A stretch of 61,330 nt of DNA from a virus (IMGVR_UViG_3300003154_000789:1-61330); one strand, 5' to 3'. Counted from the stretch's first letter, positions 11,110 through 21,506 are shown. Notes: generated from the letters alone by a model not told the origin. Translations and numbers: made by a program.

Positions 11110-11153
11110 ATACCAAGTGAAGGATGATAACATTTATATAGGAGAAAGATATT

Positions 11154-11546
11154 ATGTCAAAAGTAAAATGTAGTGTGTGTGCAAACGAGAGAGGACATAT
11201 GTGTCTCATAAAAAAGATAGGTGTTGCTATTAATAAACCTCGCATTTGTGAAGCTTATACATATGATGAAGGAAAATTAAAAGCTAAGGTGTATGTTCCT
11301 ACTATTAAGATGGGATATAAAGACCATCAAGAATCCAAACGTCGTTTAAAAGAAGAACTCAAGGCTCTTAAGAAATCAATGGAGGCTGGACCTTCTCAAG
11401 GAACCGCTAAAGATTTGGGTTTAGTTAAATCAGATGAACCCAAAATTATTACATCGGAAAGCCCAGAATTTTATATTCCAAGAACCGATTCTAAGCATCC
11501 ACTAACTGGGGATTTAAGTAGATTTTTGACAACGGCAAAAGGATAA
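11154..11546 (+). CDS. hypothetical protein (Cys-rich N-terminus)
   Basis: ORF with GGAG RBS after promoter. Confidence 0.6.
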   Translation: MSKVKCSVCANERGHMCLIKKIGVAINKPRICEAYTYDEGKLKAKVYVPTIKMGYKDHQESKRRLKEELKALKKSMEAGPSQGTAKDLGLVKSDEPKIITSESPEFYIPRTDSKHPLTGDLSRFLTTAKG

Positions 11547-11551
11547 TATAC

Positions 11552-11812
11552 ATGGTAATAAAATTACTTTGCACGAATTGTAAAAAATATTATTTTTGTT
11601 CAAGGGCGAACACTAAAATGTATGGTCCAATAGTGGAAACTACTTGTCAACATTGTGAACGAAAAGTAACCAGAAATATAGGAGCATTTTTAGTAGAACA
11701 AACCTTACATATAGATGAACAGCTTAGTACAGCCGCTACTATGATTGCTTTAAGTACAGCTTTGGAATCTCTTATTGGTAATGAAGAGGCTTATAAAAAG
11801 AAAAAGAAATGA
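11552..11812 (+). CDS. hypothetical Zn-ribbon protein
   Basis: CTNC...CQHC. Confidence 0.55.
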   Translation: MVIKLLCTNCKKYYFCSRANTKMYGPIVETTCQHCERKVTRNIGAFLVEQTLHIDEQLSTAATMIALSTALESLIGNEEAYKKKKK

Positions 11813-12420
11813 TCTATCCTACTTATGAATTAGAAGAAGAATCTAAGGCTTTAGGCTATAAGTATATAGTCGGAGTAGATGAAGCTGGAAGGGGACCTGG
11901 TGCTGGCCCAGTGGTTGCTGCGGCAGTACATGTTCCCCTCGAAGCTTTACAGATGCTTACTGGTAAAGTAAATGATTCTAAGAAAATGAGTGCCAAACAT
12001 AGAGAAGAGATGTATAAAGTCATACGTGATAGTTGTATTTTTGGTATCCAAGCTATAGAAGCTAATATAATAGACGAGATTAATATTCTGGAAGCTACCA
12101 AACTTGCTATGAAAAGTGCAATAGAGCAGACAGAGTACTATGATTATGTTTTAGTAGATGGTACAGTTGATTTAAGAAAACAGATTTTCTGTCCTCATCG
12201 TCAAGTAATAGGTGGGGATGCTAAATCTATTTCTATTGCCGCCGCAAGTGTTCTTGCTAAGGTCTATAGAGATAGAATAATGGAAGACATACACGCTATA
12301 TGGCCAATTTATAATTTTAAAAAAAATAAGGGTTATTTAACCAAAGAGCATATAATAGCTATCCAAACTTACGGTATAACAGATTATCATAGGGCTACAT
12401 TTAGGAAGGTAGGTAAATGA
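11809..12420 (+). CDS. rnhB: Ribonuclease HII
   Basis: GVDEAGRG, DSKK, VDG, GDAKSISIAAASVLAKVYRD, HRATF. Confidence 0.95.
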   Translation: MIYPTYELEEESKALGYKYIVGVDEAGRGPGAGPVVAAAVHVPLEALQMLTGKVNDSKKMSAKHREEMYKVIRDSCIFGIQAIEANIIDEINILEATKLAMKSAIEQTEYYDYVLVDGTVDLRKQIFCPHRQVIGGDAKSISIAAASVLAKVYRDRIMEDIHAIWPIYNFKKNKGYLTKEHIIAIQTYGITDYHRATFRKVGK

Positions 12421-12550
12421 GTTCATTATATAATAGATTTGTACATTATTTATATTATATAGTAATGAGTATCTGTATGGTTTCTTGTGCTATAATAACT
12501 GTAGGTGGTATTTATATAATGGTAGTTTCTATAATAGAAAGGATGGTGAA

Positions 12551-12829
12551 ATGAATACGGATTTAGAGGTATACACCAATTTTATAAGAAGTGTTTGTGC
12601 TCTTCGTAAATGGAAAAAAGATTGGCTTCAAGGAGGCTGTTATATTCACTTAGAAGTTTCTGAACTCATTGAAGCTTTGAGAGGAAAGGGAAATCCTTTA
12701 GAGGAATTGGGTGACGTGCTATTTACCTTAATAGCTGTTGCGGATTATTATAATATTGATCCATTAGAGGCAATAGAACATAGTGTTAAAAAGCATACAA
12801 GGCTTTTGGAAAAGGATGGTTTAACATGA
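12551..12829 (+). CDS. MazG-like nucleotide pyrophosphohydrolase
   Basis: LEVSELIEA...EELGDVLF. Confidence 0.75.
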   Translation: MNTDLEVYTNFIRSVCALRKWKKDWLQGGCYIHLEVSELIEALRGKGNPLEELGDVLFTLIAVADYYNIDPLEAIEHSVKKHTRLLEKDGLT

Positions 12830-12900
12830 TATTTTTAGAATGTATTTTTAGCAATAATTTACTGGATAAACTAACCTCCTGATAGTAGGAGGGTACCAAA

Positions 12901-13767
12901 ATGATTGAGAATTCAGAACTTAGTTGGTATATACATTCTTGTAGGAAGATCAATAGAGTGGCTATGATTTTTGGCTGTTCTACACATAATATAAGAAAGT
13001 ATATTAGTAAATACAATTTAAAAACTCCTAAAGGTTTTTATGCATCTGGAGTTGTGTGTGGTCGGCCTAAGGGCATACCAATGAGCCACGAGCAAAAACT
13101 TTTATTTTCTAAGATGTTTGAAGGAAAAAATAATCCCATGTTTGATAAAAAACATGATAAGGTAACTAAAAAGAAAATGTCAAAAAATCATGCAGATTTT
13201 TCTGGTGATAAAAATCCCTTTAAAATTTCTTTAAAAGATGAAGACAATCTTGAAGCACATAAGAATAGATGTAGAATCTTATGGGGTAATAGAAGTGGGG
13301 AATGGAAACAAAACTTTTCAGAAAAGTTAAGTAAGTCTATGGCTATGTCTAAAAAATTTGATATGACGAACATTAATAAGCAACATGAATCAGGCCGTAT
13401 AAATACTAAAAAAGCTGGAAGAATTTTCGTTAGGAGTTCTTGGGAAAGAATATTTGCAGAATTTTTGGATAGTTTAGAGGTGGTAGAAAAATTTAGTTTA
13501 GAAAAATTTTGTGTCCCATATTATATAGATGATGCTAAAAGATACAGTAGGATAGATTTTTTAGTTAATTTTAATAATGGGCTGATAGTCATGTTTGAAA
13601 TCAAACCTAAGAATCTTTTAAAATATGGTAGTAATTTACATAAGATAAGAGGTTATAAGAAATACTGTGAAGTACATAATATATTTTTTTGTTTGCTCAC
13701 TGATAGAATTTTATTTCATGAGGATAAATTGAAACAATTAATTGCTAAAATTTCCAGAAGCAAATGA
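12901..13767 (+). CDS. Putative homing endonuclease (NUMOD3 repeats plus TnsA-like PD-(D/E)XK domain)
   Basis: GKNNPMFDKKH, GDKNPF repeats; RSSWER..., IDFLV...EIKP. Confidence 0.7.
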   Translation: MIENSELSWYIHSCRKINRVAMIFGCSTHNIRKYISKYNLKTPKGFYASGVVCGRPKGIPMSHEQKLLFSKMFEGKNNPMFDKKHDKVTKKKMSKNHADFSGDKNPFKISLKDEDNLEAHKNRCRILWGNRSGEWKQNFSEKLSKSMAMSKKFDMTNINKQHESGRINTKKAGRIFVRSSWERIFAEFLDSLEVVEKFSLEKFCVPYYIDDAKRYSRIDFLVNFNNGLIVMFEIKPKNLLKYGSNLHKIRGYKKYCEVHNIFFCLLTDRILFHEDKLKQLIAKISRSK

Positions 13768-13781
13768 GGGGAAGGATTTTG

Positions 13782-14582
13782 ATGAACGAGATAAATAAAA
13801 AATTAACTATTGAATTAAAACAAGAACTATTTCCAGAAAATTTAATTTTGTCGGGATTTCGTGGGAGCATTAGTCATGGAACACATATAGATAGCTCAAA
13901 CCCAGACAGCATAGATGATATTGATTTGATGGCAATCTTTTTGTTTCCTACTGATATTTATTTAGGACTTAAACAACCTAAAGAAACAGTTGAAAGATTT
14001 ATTAGAGAATGGGACGTTGTGTCATATGAATTCAAGAAATTTGTACGAATGTTGTTAAACTCAAACCCTAATGTTATGTCGATGCTCTTCTTATCTCCTG
14101 AGCATTATGTAGATGTTCATCCATATGGTAAGATATTAATTGATAATAAAGAACTCTTTATATCCAAAAAGGCTTACACAGCTTACAAAGGATATGCAAA
14201 AGGACAACTATTACGTATGAATTCTACTAACAAATATCTAGGTTACATGGGATCCAAACGTAAAAAATTAGTTGATACTTTTGGTTACGACACAAAGATG
14301 GCTAGCCACACAATACGGCTACTGCGGATGATAGAGGAGTTTCTAATTAGTGGAGAAATGAAAGTTTATCGTGATGACGATAGAGAAGAACTGATAGATA
14401 TAAAGATTGGTAAGTGGTCAAAGGATGAGGTTAAGGACGAAGCCAAGAGGTTGTTCAATCTGACAGATGAGGCTTATATAAGATCAAGTTTGCCTTCGGA
14501 ACCTGACTATGATAAAATTAATATTATAGTTAAAGATATTTTGTCTGATTATATTTGTGGGGGAGATGGTTATGCAATTTAA
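13782..14582 (+). CDS. Pol beta-superfamily nucleotidyltransferase (RlaP/YcgL-like)
   Basis: GSISHG...DDIDL, NPNV, YKGYAKGQ, GYDTKMASHTIRLL. Confidence 0.8.
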   Translation: MNEINKKLTIELKQELFPENLILSGFRGSISHGTHIDSSNPDSIDDIDLMAIFLFPTDIYLGLKQPKETVERFIREWDVVSYEFKKFVRMLLNSNPNVMSMLFLSPEHYVDVHPYGKILIDNKELFISKKAYTAYKGYAKGQLLRMNSTNKYLGYMGSKRKKLVDTFGYDTKMASHTIRLLRMIEEFLISGEMKVYRDDDREELIDIKIGKWSKDEVKDEAKRLFNLTDEAYIRSSLPSEPDYDKINIIVKDILSDYICGGDGYAI

Positions 14583-15846
14583 AACCCTCTTCAATGATTT
14601 AAGGAATACAAGTAAGCCCTCCGAGAAACAAAAAGTATTGATTAGTTATGATAGTCCAGAACTACGAGAACTTTTAAGGTTGACTTACGATAATTTTGTT
14701 TTGTTTAATGTTAATATCAAACCCAAAGATATACCAGTTCCAGCAGACAAAGATCTTGGCGATTTATTTGAGCAAGTCGAAGCCACTCTTAGATTTTGTG
14801 AGCACTCTAATTCGGCTAAGCAAAATAGAGAGATGGTAATAGCATTACTTAAACAACTGAACTTTGGTTCTCAAGAATTATTAGTGGGTGTTATTAATAA
14901 AAATTGGGCTGTTGGAGTTAGTTCCAAGGCGGTGTTAAAATGGTTACCTGGGCTAATAAATCAGTTTAATGTTCAACTTTCTAATACATATGACCCAACA
15001 AAATCAGGACATCAGTTATTAAAATGGCTTTTATCGTATAAATTAGATGGTTTAAGATGCATTGCTTTAAGAAAAGAAAATGAGTGGTTTCATTATTCTC
15101 GTAAGGGAAAAGAATTCTTAACTGTCAATCATCTTAAGCCTCAGTTAGAAGCACTTTATAAGAAATATGGTTGGACCTTTTTTGACGGGGAACTTTATAA
15201 ACATGGACTAACTTTTGAAGAAATACAAGGCCCAATCATGGCATTTACAAAGGGACAGGTCCCAGATATGGAGTACCACGTGTTTGTTGCTGGTGATGCC
15301 AAAAAATTTCTCGCCGGAGAAGATCCAAATCATGTAGAAGTTATAGAATATATAACAGAACCAGAAGCTCCACATATCAAGAGTACCTCTCTTGGACTAA
15401 TAGAATTAAAAGAGATTATAGAAAAGGTAGAAGAAGCTTTTGAACAAGGTTATGAGGGTATAATGCTTCGAGATCCAGATAACCTTTATGACTATAAACG
15501 TTCCAACGCATTACTTAAACTTAAACGTAGTTTAATTGAGGAAGTTTCAGAACAATCAGAAGTTATCTCAGATTGTATTGTTACTAGAATAGAATATAAA
15601 GATGACTTTCCTATAACAGAAGATGGTAAGATTCATACTGAAAGATTACTTAATAAAGTTTGGGTTATGCAGGAAAATGGTATAGAAGGTAAAGTAGGCT
15701 CTGGTTATTCATTAGATTTTAGACGTAAGTATACAGAGAAACCGTGGGAACTTATAGGTATGCCTGTAGAGATTAAACATCAAGGATGGGGGGCTAATGG
15801 TCGTATGAGATTTGCTAGACTTTATAGAGTTAGAGAAGATTTATGA
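14572..15846 (+). CDS. ATP-dependent DNA ligase
   Basis: KLDGLR, SRKGK, FDGELY, GYEGIMLR, LLKLK, VGSG, MRF. Confidence 0.9.
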   Translation: MQFKTLFNDLRNTSKPSEKQKVLISYDSPELRELLRLTYDNFVLFNVNIKPKDIPVPADKDLGDLFEQVEATLRFCEHSNSAKQNREMVIALLKQLNFGSQELLVGVINKNWAVGVSSKAVLKWLPGLINQFNVQLSNTYDPTKSGHQLLKWLLSYKLDGLRCIALRKENEWFHYSRKGKEFLTVNHLKPQLEALYKKYGWTFFDGELYKHGLTFEEIQGPIMAFTKGQVPDMEYHVFVAGDAKKFLAGEDPNHVEVIEYITEPEAPHIKSTSLGLIELKEIIEKVEEAFEQGYEGIMLRDPDNLYDYKRSNALLKLKRSLIEEVSEQSEVISDCIVTRIEYKDDFPITEDGKIHTERLLNKVWVMQENGIEGKVGSGYSLDFRRKYTEKPWELIGMPVEIKHQGWGANGRMRFARLYRVREDL

Positions 15847-15918
15847 ACAAAATCTATAAATTGTACTATTATATAGTTAGTCTCATGGGACTAAATAATA
15901 GAAAGGGATATTCAACAT

Positions 15919-16188
15919 ATGATTAACATTAAAAAATATGAAAAAAACATTATTCATTATGAATGTACTTGTGGGGCAAAAGGTATGTGCTCCTTCAAAC
16001 CCATGAATAGAGAAGCTGCTATAGTAATAGATATTAAATGCCCTGCTTGTCAAGAGACTGAGAGAATGACATTGATACAATATAATGATGAGGTTAGTAA
16101 ACGCTCAATGGTAGATAATATAGAAAATATAGACCTATCGTGGGTCCCTTCTATTAACGAAGAAGTACTATATAATGGAGACGAATAA
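15919..16188 (+). CDS. hypothetical Zn-binding protein
   Basis: CTC...CPAC. Confidence 0.5.
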   Translation: MINIKKYEKNIIHYECTCGAKGMCSFKPMNREAAIVIDIKCPACQETERMTLIQYNDEVSKRSMVDNIENIDLSWVPSINEEVLYNGDE

Positions 16189-16191
16189 AGT

Positions 16192-17166
16192 ATGGAATTA
16201 GTGATTGATAATAATTTTAAACAGACTTATGAGTTCTACTATGGTGATTTAAGAGACAAATTAATTATAGAAGTAATAAATGGTATGTTTACCAATTACG
16301 ATGCTGAGATAGTAACAGATGCCGTTAATATAATAAAGACTTCCATTGCATTGGGATCTACTTATACAGAGTGTTATGATAGGATAATTAGTTCCATCCT
16401 CCAGAGATTTCCTCTTGGTGATGATATAGATAAGTTTATTATTAGTTTAGTTATAAAGATAATGATAGCTACCGGTGCTCCAGATATTGAAGAACTTATC
16501 AGATCTCCTAGAGATATAAATAGAGAAGTAACAGCTAAACACTTTAGGATACCATCTAAAAAGGTTACTGACCAAATGATTCAAGAAGTTCTAATTGCAT
16601 CAGATAAATTTACATCCACAAGTTATTCAATTACAGATCCTCCAGTTGGAAGTTGGGATGAGTACTTTTATAATATATGCAGACAGGTAGCTAGAAATTC
16701 CAAGTGCTTATCTAGAAGAATAGGAGCTGTACTAGTCCAGGATAAGAGTATAGTGGGTACCGGTTATAATGGACCTCCATCAGGTGTACCAAGATGTGAT
16801 AATCGTTGGGAACTTGACAAAGCCTTTGCTACAAAATACGATGCATATAGAAAGGATAAGGATATAAAAGGAATATGTCCAAGACACATAATTGGTTTTG
16901 CTTCAGGCGAGGGATTGAGTATTTGTCCAGCGTCACACGCTGAGGTTAATACAATAATAAATTCAGCTAAGAATGGTATATCTACCAAAGGGGCAATATT
17001 ATACATGTCATGCGGAATCCCATGTTCTAATTGTTTAAAAGAGATCATAAACGCTGGTATTAAAGAGATAGTTGTACTATCATTAAGAACTTATGATGAA
17101 AATTCATTATATCTACTCAATAATAGTGATCTAGGAATTAGATTATTTGGTTTTACTATTAAATAA
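16192..17166 (+). CDS. dCMP deaminase with N-terminal extension
   Basis: WDEYF, GYNG, HAE, PCSNC. Confidence 0.85.
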   Translation: MELVIDNNFKQTYEFYYGDLRDKLIIEVINGMFTNYDAEIVTDAVNIIKTSIALGSTYTECYDRIISSILQRFPLGDDIDKFIISLVIKIMIATGAPDIEELIRSPRDINREVTAKHFRIPSKKVTDQMIQEVLIASDKFTSTSYSITDPPVGSWDEYFYNICRQVARNSKCLSRRIGAVLVQDKSIVGTGYNGPPSGVPRCDNRWELDKAFATKYDAYRKDKDIKGICPRHIIGFASGEGLSICPASHAEVNTIINSAKNGISTKGAILYMSCGIPCSNCLKEIINAGIKEIVVLSLRTYDENSLYLLNNSDLGIRLFGFTIK

Positions 17167-17246
17167 ATAAACATATTTTTATTTTTGTACTATATAGGAT
17201 AATAGAGGTCCATTTGGGACCATAAATATATTAGGAGGAACTAAAA

Positions 17247-17786
17247 ATGGCTGAAAAATTTTATTTTGATTTTTATCAGATTCCAGCAACTGGAGTTGAG
17301 GAACCTGATCTTGATGGTGCCCGTAGCGGCGTAGATGTCTCTATTAGACGTGCTATAGATATGAAGATGTCCAATTTTGGTGCATTGAATACTGGTGCTC
17401 GTTTTAGTAGTGACTATACAAGAACTAATACTATGGCTTTTAAAGCCAAAGGTGAATCAGAAGACTGGAATGTACTTACTGAAGACACAGGTATAGGTAG
17501 TAATGTTGCTTCACGTAGTTCTAGTGTCAACCACAATCCACTTATCTGGGGAAGTTCAATTAAATACACTCGTGATGACCAGTTTATTAGAATGACAATG
17601 TCAAATAATAATGAGGGTGCTCAAGTTGATCCTCCTAAATTTGATGTTATGGATTCGAAAGAAAGATCTGCTGAGGGTATTGACGCCCTTGATCAATCCT
17701 ATAAGAACTGGCCTACTGAAGGTTGGAGATCTCTTGGTGGAAAGTATGACTTTGAGATGGCTTATGCTGGTGGAGTTCTTAAATAA
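17247..17786 (+). CDS. hypothetical protein (possibly virion)
   Basis: Strong AGGAGG RBS, intact ORF. Confidence 0.65.
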   Translation: MAEKFYFDFYQIPATGVEEPDLDGARSGVDVSIRRAIDMKMSNFGALNTGARFSSDYTRTNTMAFKAKGESEDWNVLTEDTGIGSNVASRSSSVNHNPLIWGSSIKYTRDDQFIRMTMSNNNEGAQVDPPKFDVMDSKERSAEGIDALDQSYKNWPTEGWRSLGGKYDFEMAYAGGVLK

Positions 17787-17790
17787 TTAA

Positions 17791-17988
17791 ATGATTAATA
17801 TGTGTGATTGTAAAGATTGGGAAACATTAAAACATGATAATACTAACATTTTCCAGTGGGATCCAACGAATGGTTGGATTCTACACTGGATAGAACTGAC
17901 TGAAGAACCGGGTTTTACTCAAGTACATAGGTATGGTGTCTCTATAAATTTCTGTCCAATGTGTGGTTCATGTTTGAAAAATCCATAA
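17791..17988 (+). CDS. hypothetical Zn-ribbon protein
   Basis: CDC...INFCPMCG. Confidence 0.5.
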   Translation: MINMCDCKDWETLKHDNTNIFQWDPTNGWILHWIELTEEPGFTQVHRYGVSINFCPMCGSCLKNP

Positions 17989-18004
17989 GGAAATACTGTG
18001 ATTC

Positions 18005-18499
18005 ATGGCTGAAAGAGAACGAATAAAAACAAGCACCGTAACTTTAGATATAGAATTGCAAGATCTTCTTGAGGTGGTTTCTAAGTCTGGTAGTAAACCT
18101 CCACTTAGTAACGAGACCAATACACATTCTATGGAAGGTGAAGAATTAAAAAAAGCTTGGTTTAAACACGTGCTCATAAGCATGGAAAAACTTAATGATC
18201 AAGTAGAATCTATAAGAAGAGTAGACCTGGTTGATATTCAAGTTGAATTTAAAGAAAGTATAAATGATGTTAAAGAAACCATAAAGAAAATAGAGCAAAA
18301 GATAGATAAAGCAGAAGATGAATTAAAAGCATATAAAAAAGATGTTGTTTCACCACTTAGTGACAAAGTTTTAACTTTAGCAGTTAAACTAGGCGTATGG
18401 AGTGTGATAGCTGGTTTTATAGGTAGTGGTCTGATGGGATTAATCTTCTATATAATTAAAGAACATGTCATTAAACCTGCCATCGTAGGTGGTCGTTAA
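18005..18499 (+). CDS. Coiled-coil protein with C-terminal membrane anchor
   Basis: Heptad-like charged region, then hydrophobic LGVWSVIAGFIGSGLMGLIFYII. Confidence 0.6.
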   Translation: MAERERIKTSTVTLDIELQDLLEVVSKSGSKPPLSNETNTHSMEGEELKKAWFKHVLISMEKLNDQVESIRRVDLVDIQVEFKESINDVKETIKKIEQKIDKAEDELKAYKKDVVSPLSDKVLTLAVKLGVWSVIAGFIGSGLMGLIFYIIKEHVIKPAIVGGR

Positions 18500-18521
18500 T
18501 GATATATAGGAACTAATATTG

Positions 18522-20585
18522 ATGATGGACGAGCTAAAAAGGCTTAGAGAGCTAACTGAGGCTTTGACTGGTAATGGTTATCTCAAAGATCAAGCTAAGG
18601 AATGGGAATACGCACTTGATGCTATTCCGGAATGTGTATATATAATAAATAATAAATTTGAAATGAAATTTGTTAATAAAACACTAGCGGAACGCCTCGG
18701 TAAGAGTAAAGAAGAACTTTTTAATAAGATTTGCTATGAGGAAATACAAGGTCATTCTGAAGATTTTCCTAAAAAAGGTAGCGTAGATGATTATAAAGTT
18801 CTAAAGGCAAAATCTGTGCTGGAAGATATTTATATAATAAAATTAGGAGGGTGGTTTAATGTAACTAGGTCTCCTATTTATTCTAATTCTAGTAAACTAT
18901 TAGGTTTTATATGTGTTCTACAAGATGTAACAATAAAGAAGAAGGCTTTAGAGGGTTTGGTATATAGAGAAGCTACATTAGACGCAATATTTAATGCAGC
19001 ACCCATTGGTATAGGACTCATAGATGAGGAAGGAAGAATAATAAAAGCTGTTAATAAATTTCTTACCGATCTAACGGGATATACTGAAAAAGAATTAGTG
19101 GGGCAGTCAGTAAGAATTCTTTATCCATCAGAAGAGGAATTTTTACATGTTGGAAAAGTAAAATATGCTACATTAAAAGAGACTGGAATTGGTGCAGTAG
19201 AAACACAATTTCGCACAAAGGCTGGAGATATTTTAGATATATTTTTAAAAACGACTAAAATTAAATCTGGTAAATATTTAGTTTTTACAGTCACGGATAT
19301 AACAAATAGAAAGAAAAGAGAAAGACAGTTAAAATTAAATGAAGAACGTCTAAAATCTATTTTAGAACTCACCAAAATGAGTTATAGTTCTTATGAAGAA
19401 ATAACTACCTACGCTTTAGAAGAAGCGGTTAGACTAACCGATAGTAAAATAGGTTATATACATTTTGTAAACACTGCTGGAGATGATGTAGATTTAACTT
19501 TATTTCAATGGTCTAAGGAAACAAATGAAAATTGTATAGCTAACAAGGTTCCTCATTATCCCTTAGCAGAGGCTGGATGTTGGGCAGATTGTGTACGAGA
19601 AAAGAAACCAATAATCCATAATGATTATGAAACTATGACTTATGCAGAAGGCAAACGTGGACTTCCACAGGGGCATATAGGTCTTAGTAGACATATGGGA
19701 GTTCCTATTATGGAGAGCAATAATGTAGTAGCCGTAGCTGGTGTTGGGAATAAAGCTTTATCATACGATGAAACTGATTTAAGACAATTAAATCTATTTA
19801 TGAATAGTATGTGGGATATACTTAAAAGACAGAAGGCAGAGGAAGAATCTAAAAGAAATAGAGAATACTTTGAACGCCTAATCAATTCTACTCCTACAGG
19901 TATATTTGTTTACAAATTAGATGGGGATAATCTTATACTTAAACATTTTAATAAAGCTGCTACCAATATCCTAAAGATAGACTCATTAGTTGTGAATAAA
20001 ACTATAGAAGAACTTTTTTGTACCTTAACCAAACTTCCTATAATCGAGGAGTTTAAAAAGCTTGCTAAAGACGGGGGAACATTTTCTGATCTCATATATA
20101 AATATACTCATAATTCTATAGAAAGTATATATTCTGTAACTGCGTTTCAATCTGATGTAAATGAAGTGGCAGTATTATTTTATGAGGTAACTGATCACAT
20201 AAAAGCTTTTGCTGAAATAAAAAGTGGTCAAGATAAATTTAAAATTGTATTTGACAATAGCACAGATATGATTACTATTATACGTCTAGAGGATGAGATA
20301 ATTGTAGACGTCAATCCTGCTTTTGAAACTTACACTGGATACAAAAAAGAAGAAGTTATTGGTAAAAATATGATGAGTCTAAGTTTATGGAGTAGTATAT
20401 ATAATGACTCAACATTTCGTGATTTATTAACTAAAGAATCTAAAATTATGGATTATCCTTCTATTTTAAAACTGAAAGATGGAAGTGTGAGAAATATTTT
20501 AGTTTCCTCGTCTATAATTTATATTGATGATACACCGCATGTTGTATCAATTACGAGGTTGTATGATAAGAATTCTACTACTTGA
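18522..20585 (+). CDS. Multi-PAS/GAF sensor protein without output domain
   Basis: PAS motifs (DAIPECVYI, NAAPIGI..GYTEKELVG, NSTPTGI, DNSTDMI..GYKKEEVIG) and GAF (DSKIGYIHF..WADCVR..IHNDY..GVGNK); no HisKA/HATPase. Confidence 0.8.
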   Translation: MMDELKRLRELTEALTGNGYLKDQAKEWEYALDAIPECVYIINNKFEMKFVNKTLAERLGKSKEELFNKICYEEIQGHSEDFPKKGSVDDYKVLKAKSVLEDIYIIKLGGWFNVTRSPIYSNSSKLLGFICVLQDVTIKKKALEGLVYREATLDAIFNAAPIGIGLIDEEGRIIKAVNKFLTDLTGYTEKELVGQSVRILYPSEEEFLHVGKVKYATLKETGIGAVETQFRTKAGDILDIFLKTTKIKSGKYLVFTVTDITNRKKRERQLKLNEERLKSILELTKMSYSSYEEITTYALEEAVRLTDSKIGYIHFVNTAGDDVDLTLFQWSKETNENCIANKVPHYPLAEAGCWADCVREKKPIIHNDYETMTYAEGKRGLPQGHIGLSRHMGVPIMESNNVVAVAGVGNKALSYDETDLRQLNLFMNSMWDILKRQKAEEESKRNREYFERLINSTPTGIFVYKLDGDNLILKHFNKAATNILKIDSLVVNKTIEELFCTLTKLPIIEEFKKLAKDGGTFSDLIYKYTHNSIESIYSVTAFQSDVNEVAVLFYEVTDHIKAFAEIKSGQDKFKIVFDNSTDMITIIRLEDEIIVDVNPAFETYTGYKKEEVIGKNMMSLSLWSSIYNDSTFRDLLTKESKIMDYPSILKLKDGSVRNILVSSSIIYIDDTPHVVSITRLYDKNSTT

Positions 20586-20916
20586 AGATGATGTGTTTAG
20601 AGTACGTTTCTTTATAGAACGTTTTGGACAATATAAATTAAAGATAACAGAAAATGTAGAGGATGCCATAGAATATTTAAAAGACTACAGGTTCGATTAT
20701 ATATTTCTTGATAACGATCTTGGTAGAGGCAATGGTGAAGGTATAGATGTTGCTAAGTTCTTGCAAGACCATCCAGACAACCTTAATAATAAAGCAGTTA
20801 TTATAATTCATTCTTGGAATATACCTGCTACAGTCACTATCAAATCTATGCTTCCTGGGGCTATCTCTGCTCCATTTAATACTGAAAATTTTTATAATTT
20901 AAAGCTTGACATTTAA
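20563..20916 (+). CDS. Stand-alone receiver domain
   Basis: ILLLEDD, IFLDNDLG, IHSWN (cyclic-phosphate-processing receiver-like pattern). Confidence 0.7.
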   Translation: MIRILLLEDDVFRVRFFIERFGQYKLKITENVEDAIEYLKDYRFDYIFLDNDLGRGNGEGIDVAKFLQDHPDNLNNKAVIIIHSWNIPATVTIKSMLPGAISAPFNTENFYNLKLDI

Positions 20917-20933
20917 CAAATAATGCTTATCTT
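20906..20933 (+). promoter_or_regulatory. sigma70-type promoter
   Basis: TTGACA-16-TATCTT upstream of hsp20. Confidence 0.7.
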
Positions 20934-20977
20934 AGTAGTAAGTGGGAGTCCACCTAATAATAAGGAGGACAAATATC

Positions 20978-21466
20978 ATGACAAAGAAAGATCTTGCTAT
21001 ATATTCTGGCTCACCATTGAGCGAATTATTTAAAGTAAGCCGTTTCGGTGATATCACTAAAAGATTTGATGATCTATGGAAAATTTGGGATTATGATATG
21101 CAGGCTTTTATGGATCTTCAACCTAAAACTGCATTTCCTAAAATCAATGTTGCCGAGACCGACACTTCTTATGAAGTTGAGGTGGCTTTAGCTGGATTTG
21201 AGAAAGAAGATATAAACATGGAGTTGAAAGACAACTGTTTATACATTATGGCAGACAAAAAAGAAGAATCTTCAAGCGAAGACTCGGATAAAAAATATCT
21301 TATGAGAGAGATATCTTCTAGATCATTTAGAAGAGCTCTGAATCTTCCAAAAAAAGTTGAAGAGGCTGACATTGAATGTTCTTTTAAAGATGGAACTGTG
21401 AAATGTGTTCTAAGAAAAGAAGCAGTTAAAGTAAAAGATGACACTGTTAAAATTTTAATTAAATAA
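20978..21466 (+). CDS. Hsp20/alpha-crystallin small heat-shock protein
   Basis: FPKINVAET, ALAGFEKEDI, REISSRSFRR, FKDG; AAGGAGG RBS. Confidence 0.9.
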   Translation: MTKKDLAIYSGSPLSELFKVSRFGDITKRFDDLWKIWDYDMQAFMDLQPKTAFPKINVAETDTSYEVEVALAGFEKEDINMELKDNCLYIMADKKEESSSEDSDKKYLMREISSRSFRRALNLPKKVEEADIECSFKDGTVKCVLRKEAVKVKDDTVKILIK

Positions 21467-21506
21467 TTTAAAATGGTGGGCTCCCGCTAAATTTAGGAGG
21501 ACTGGA

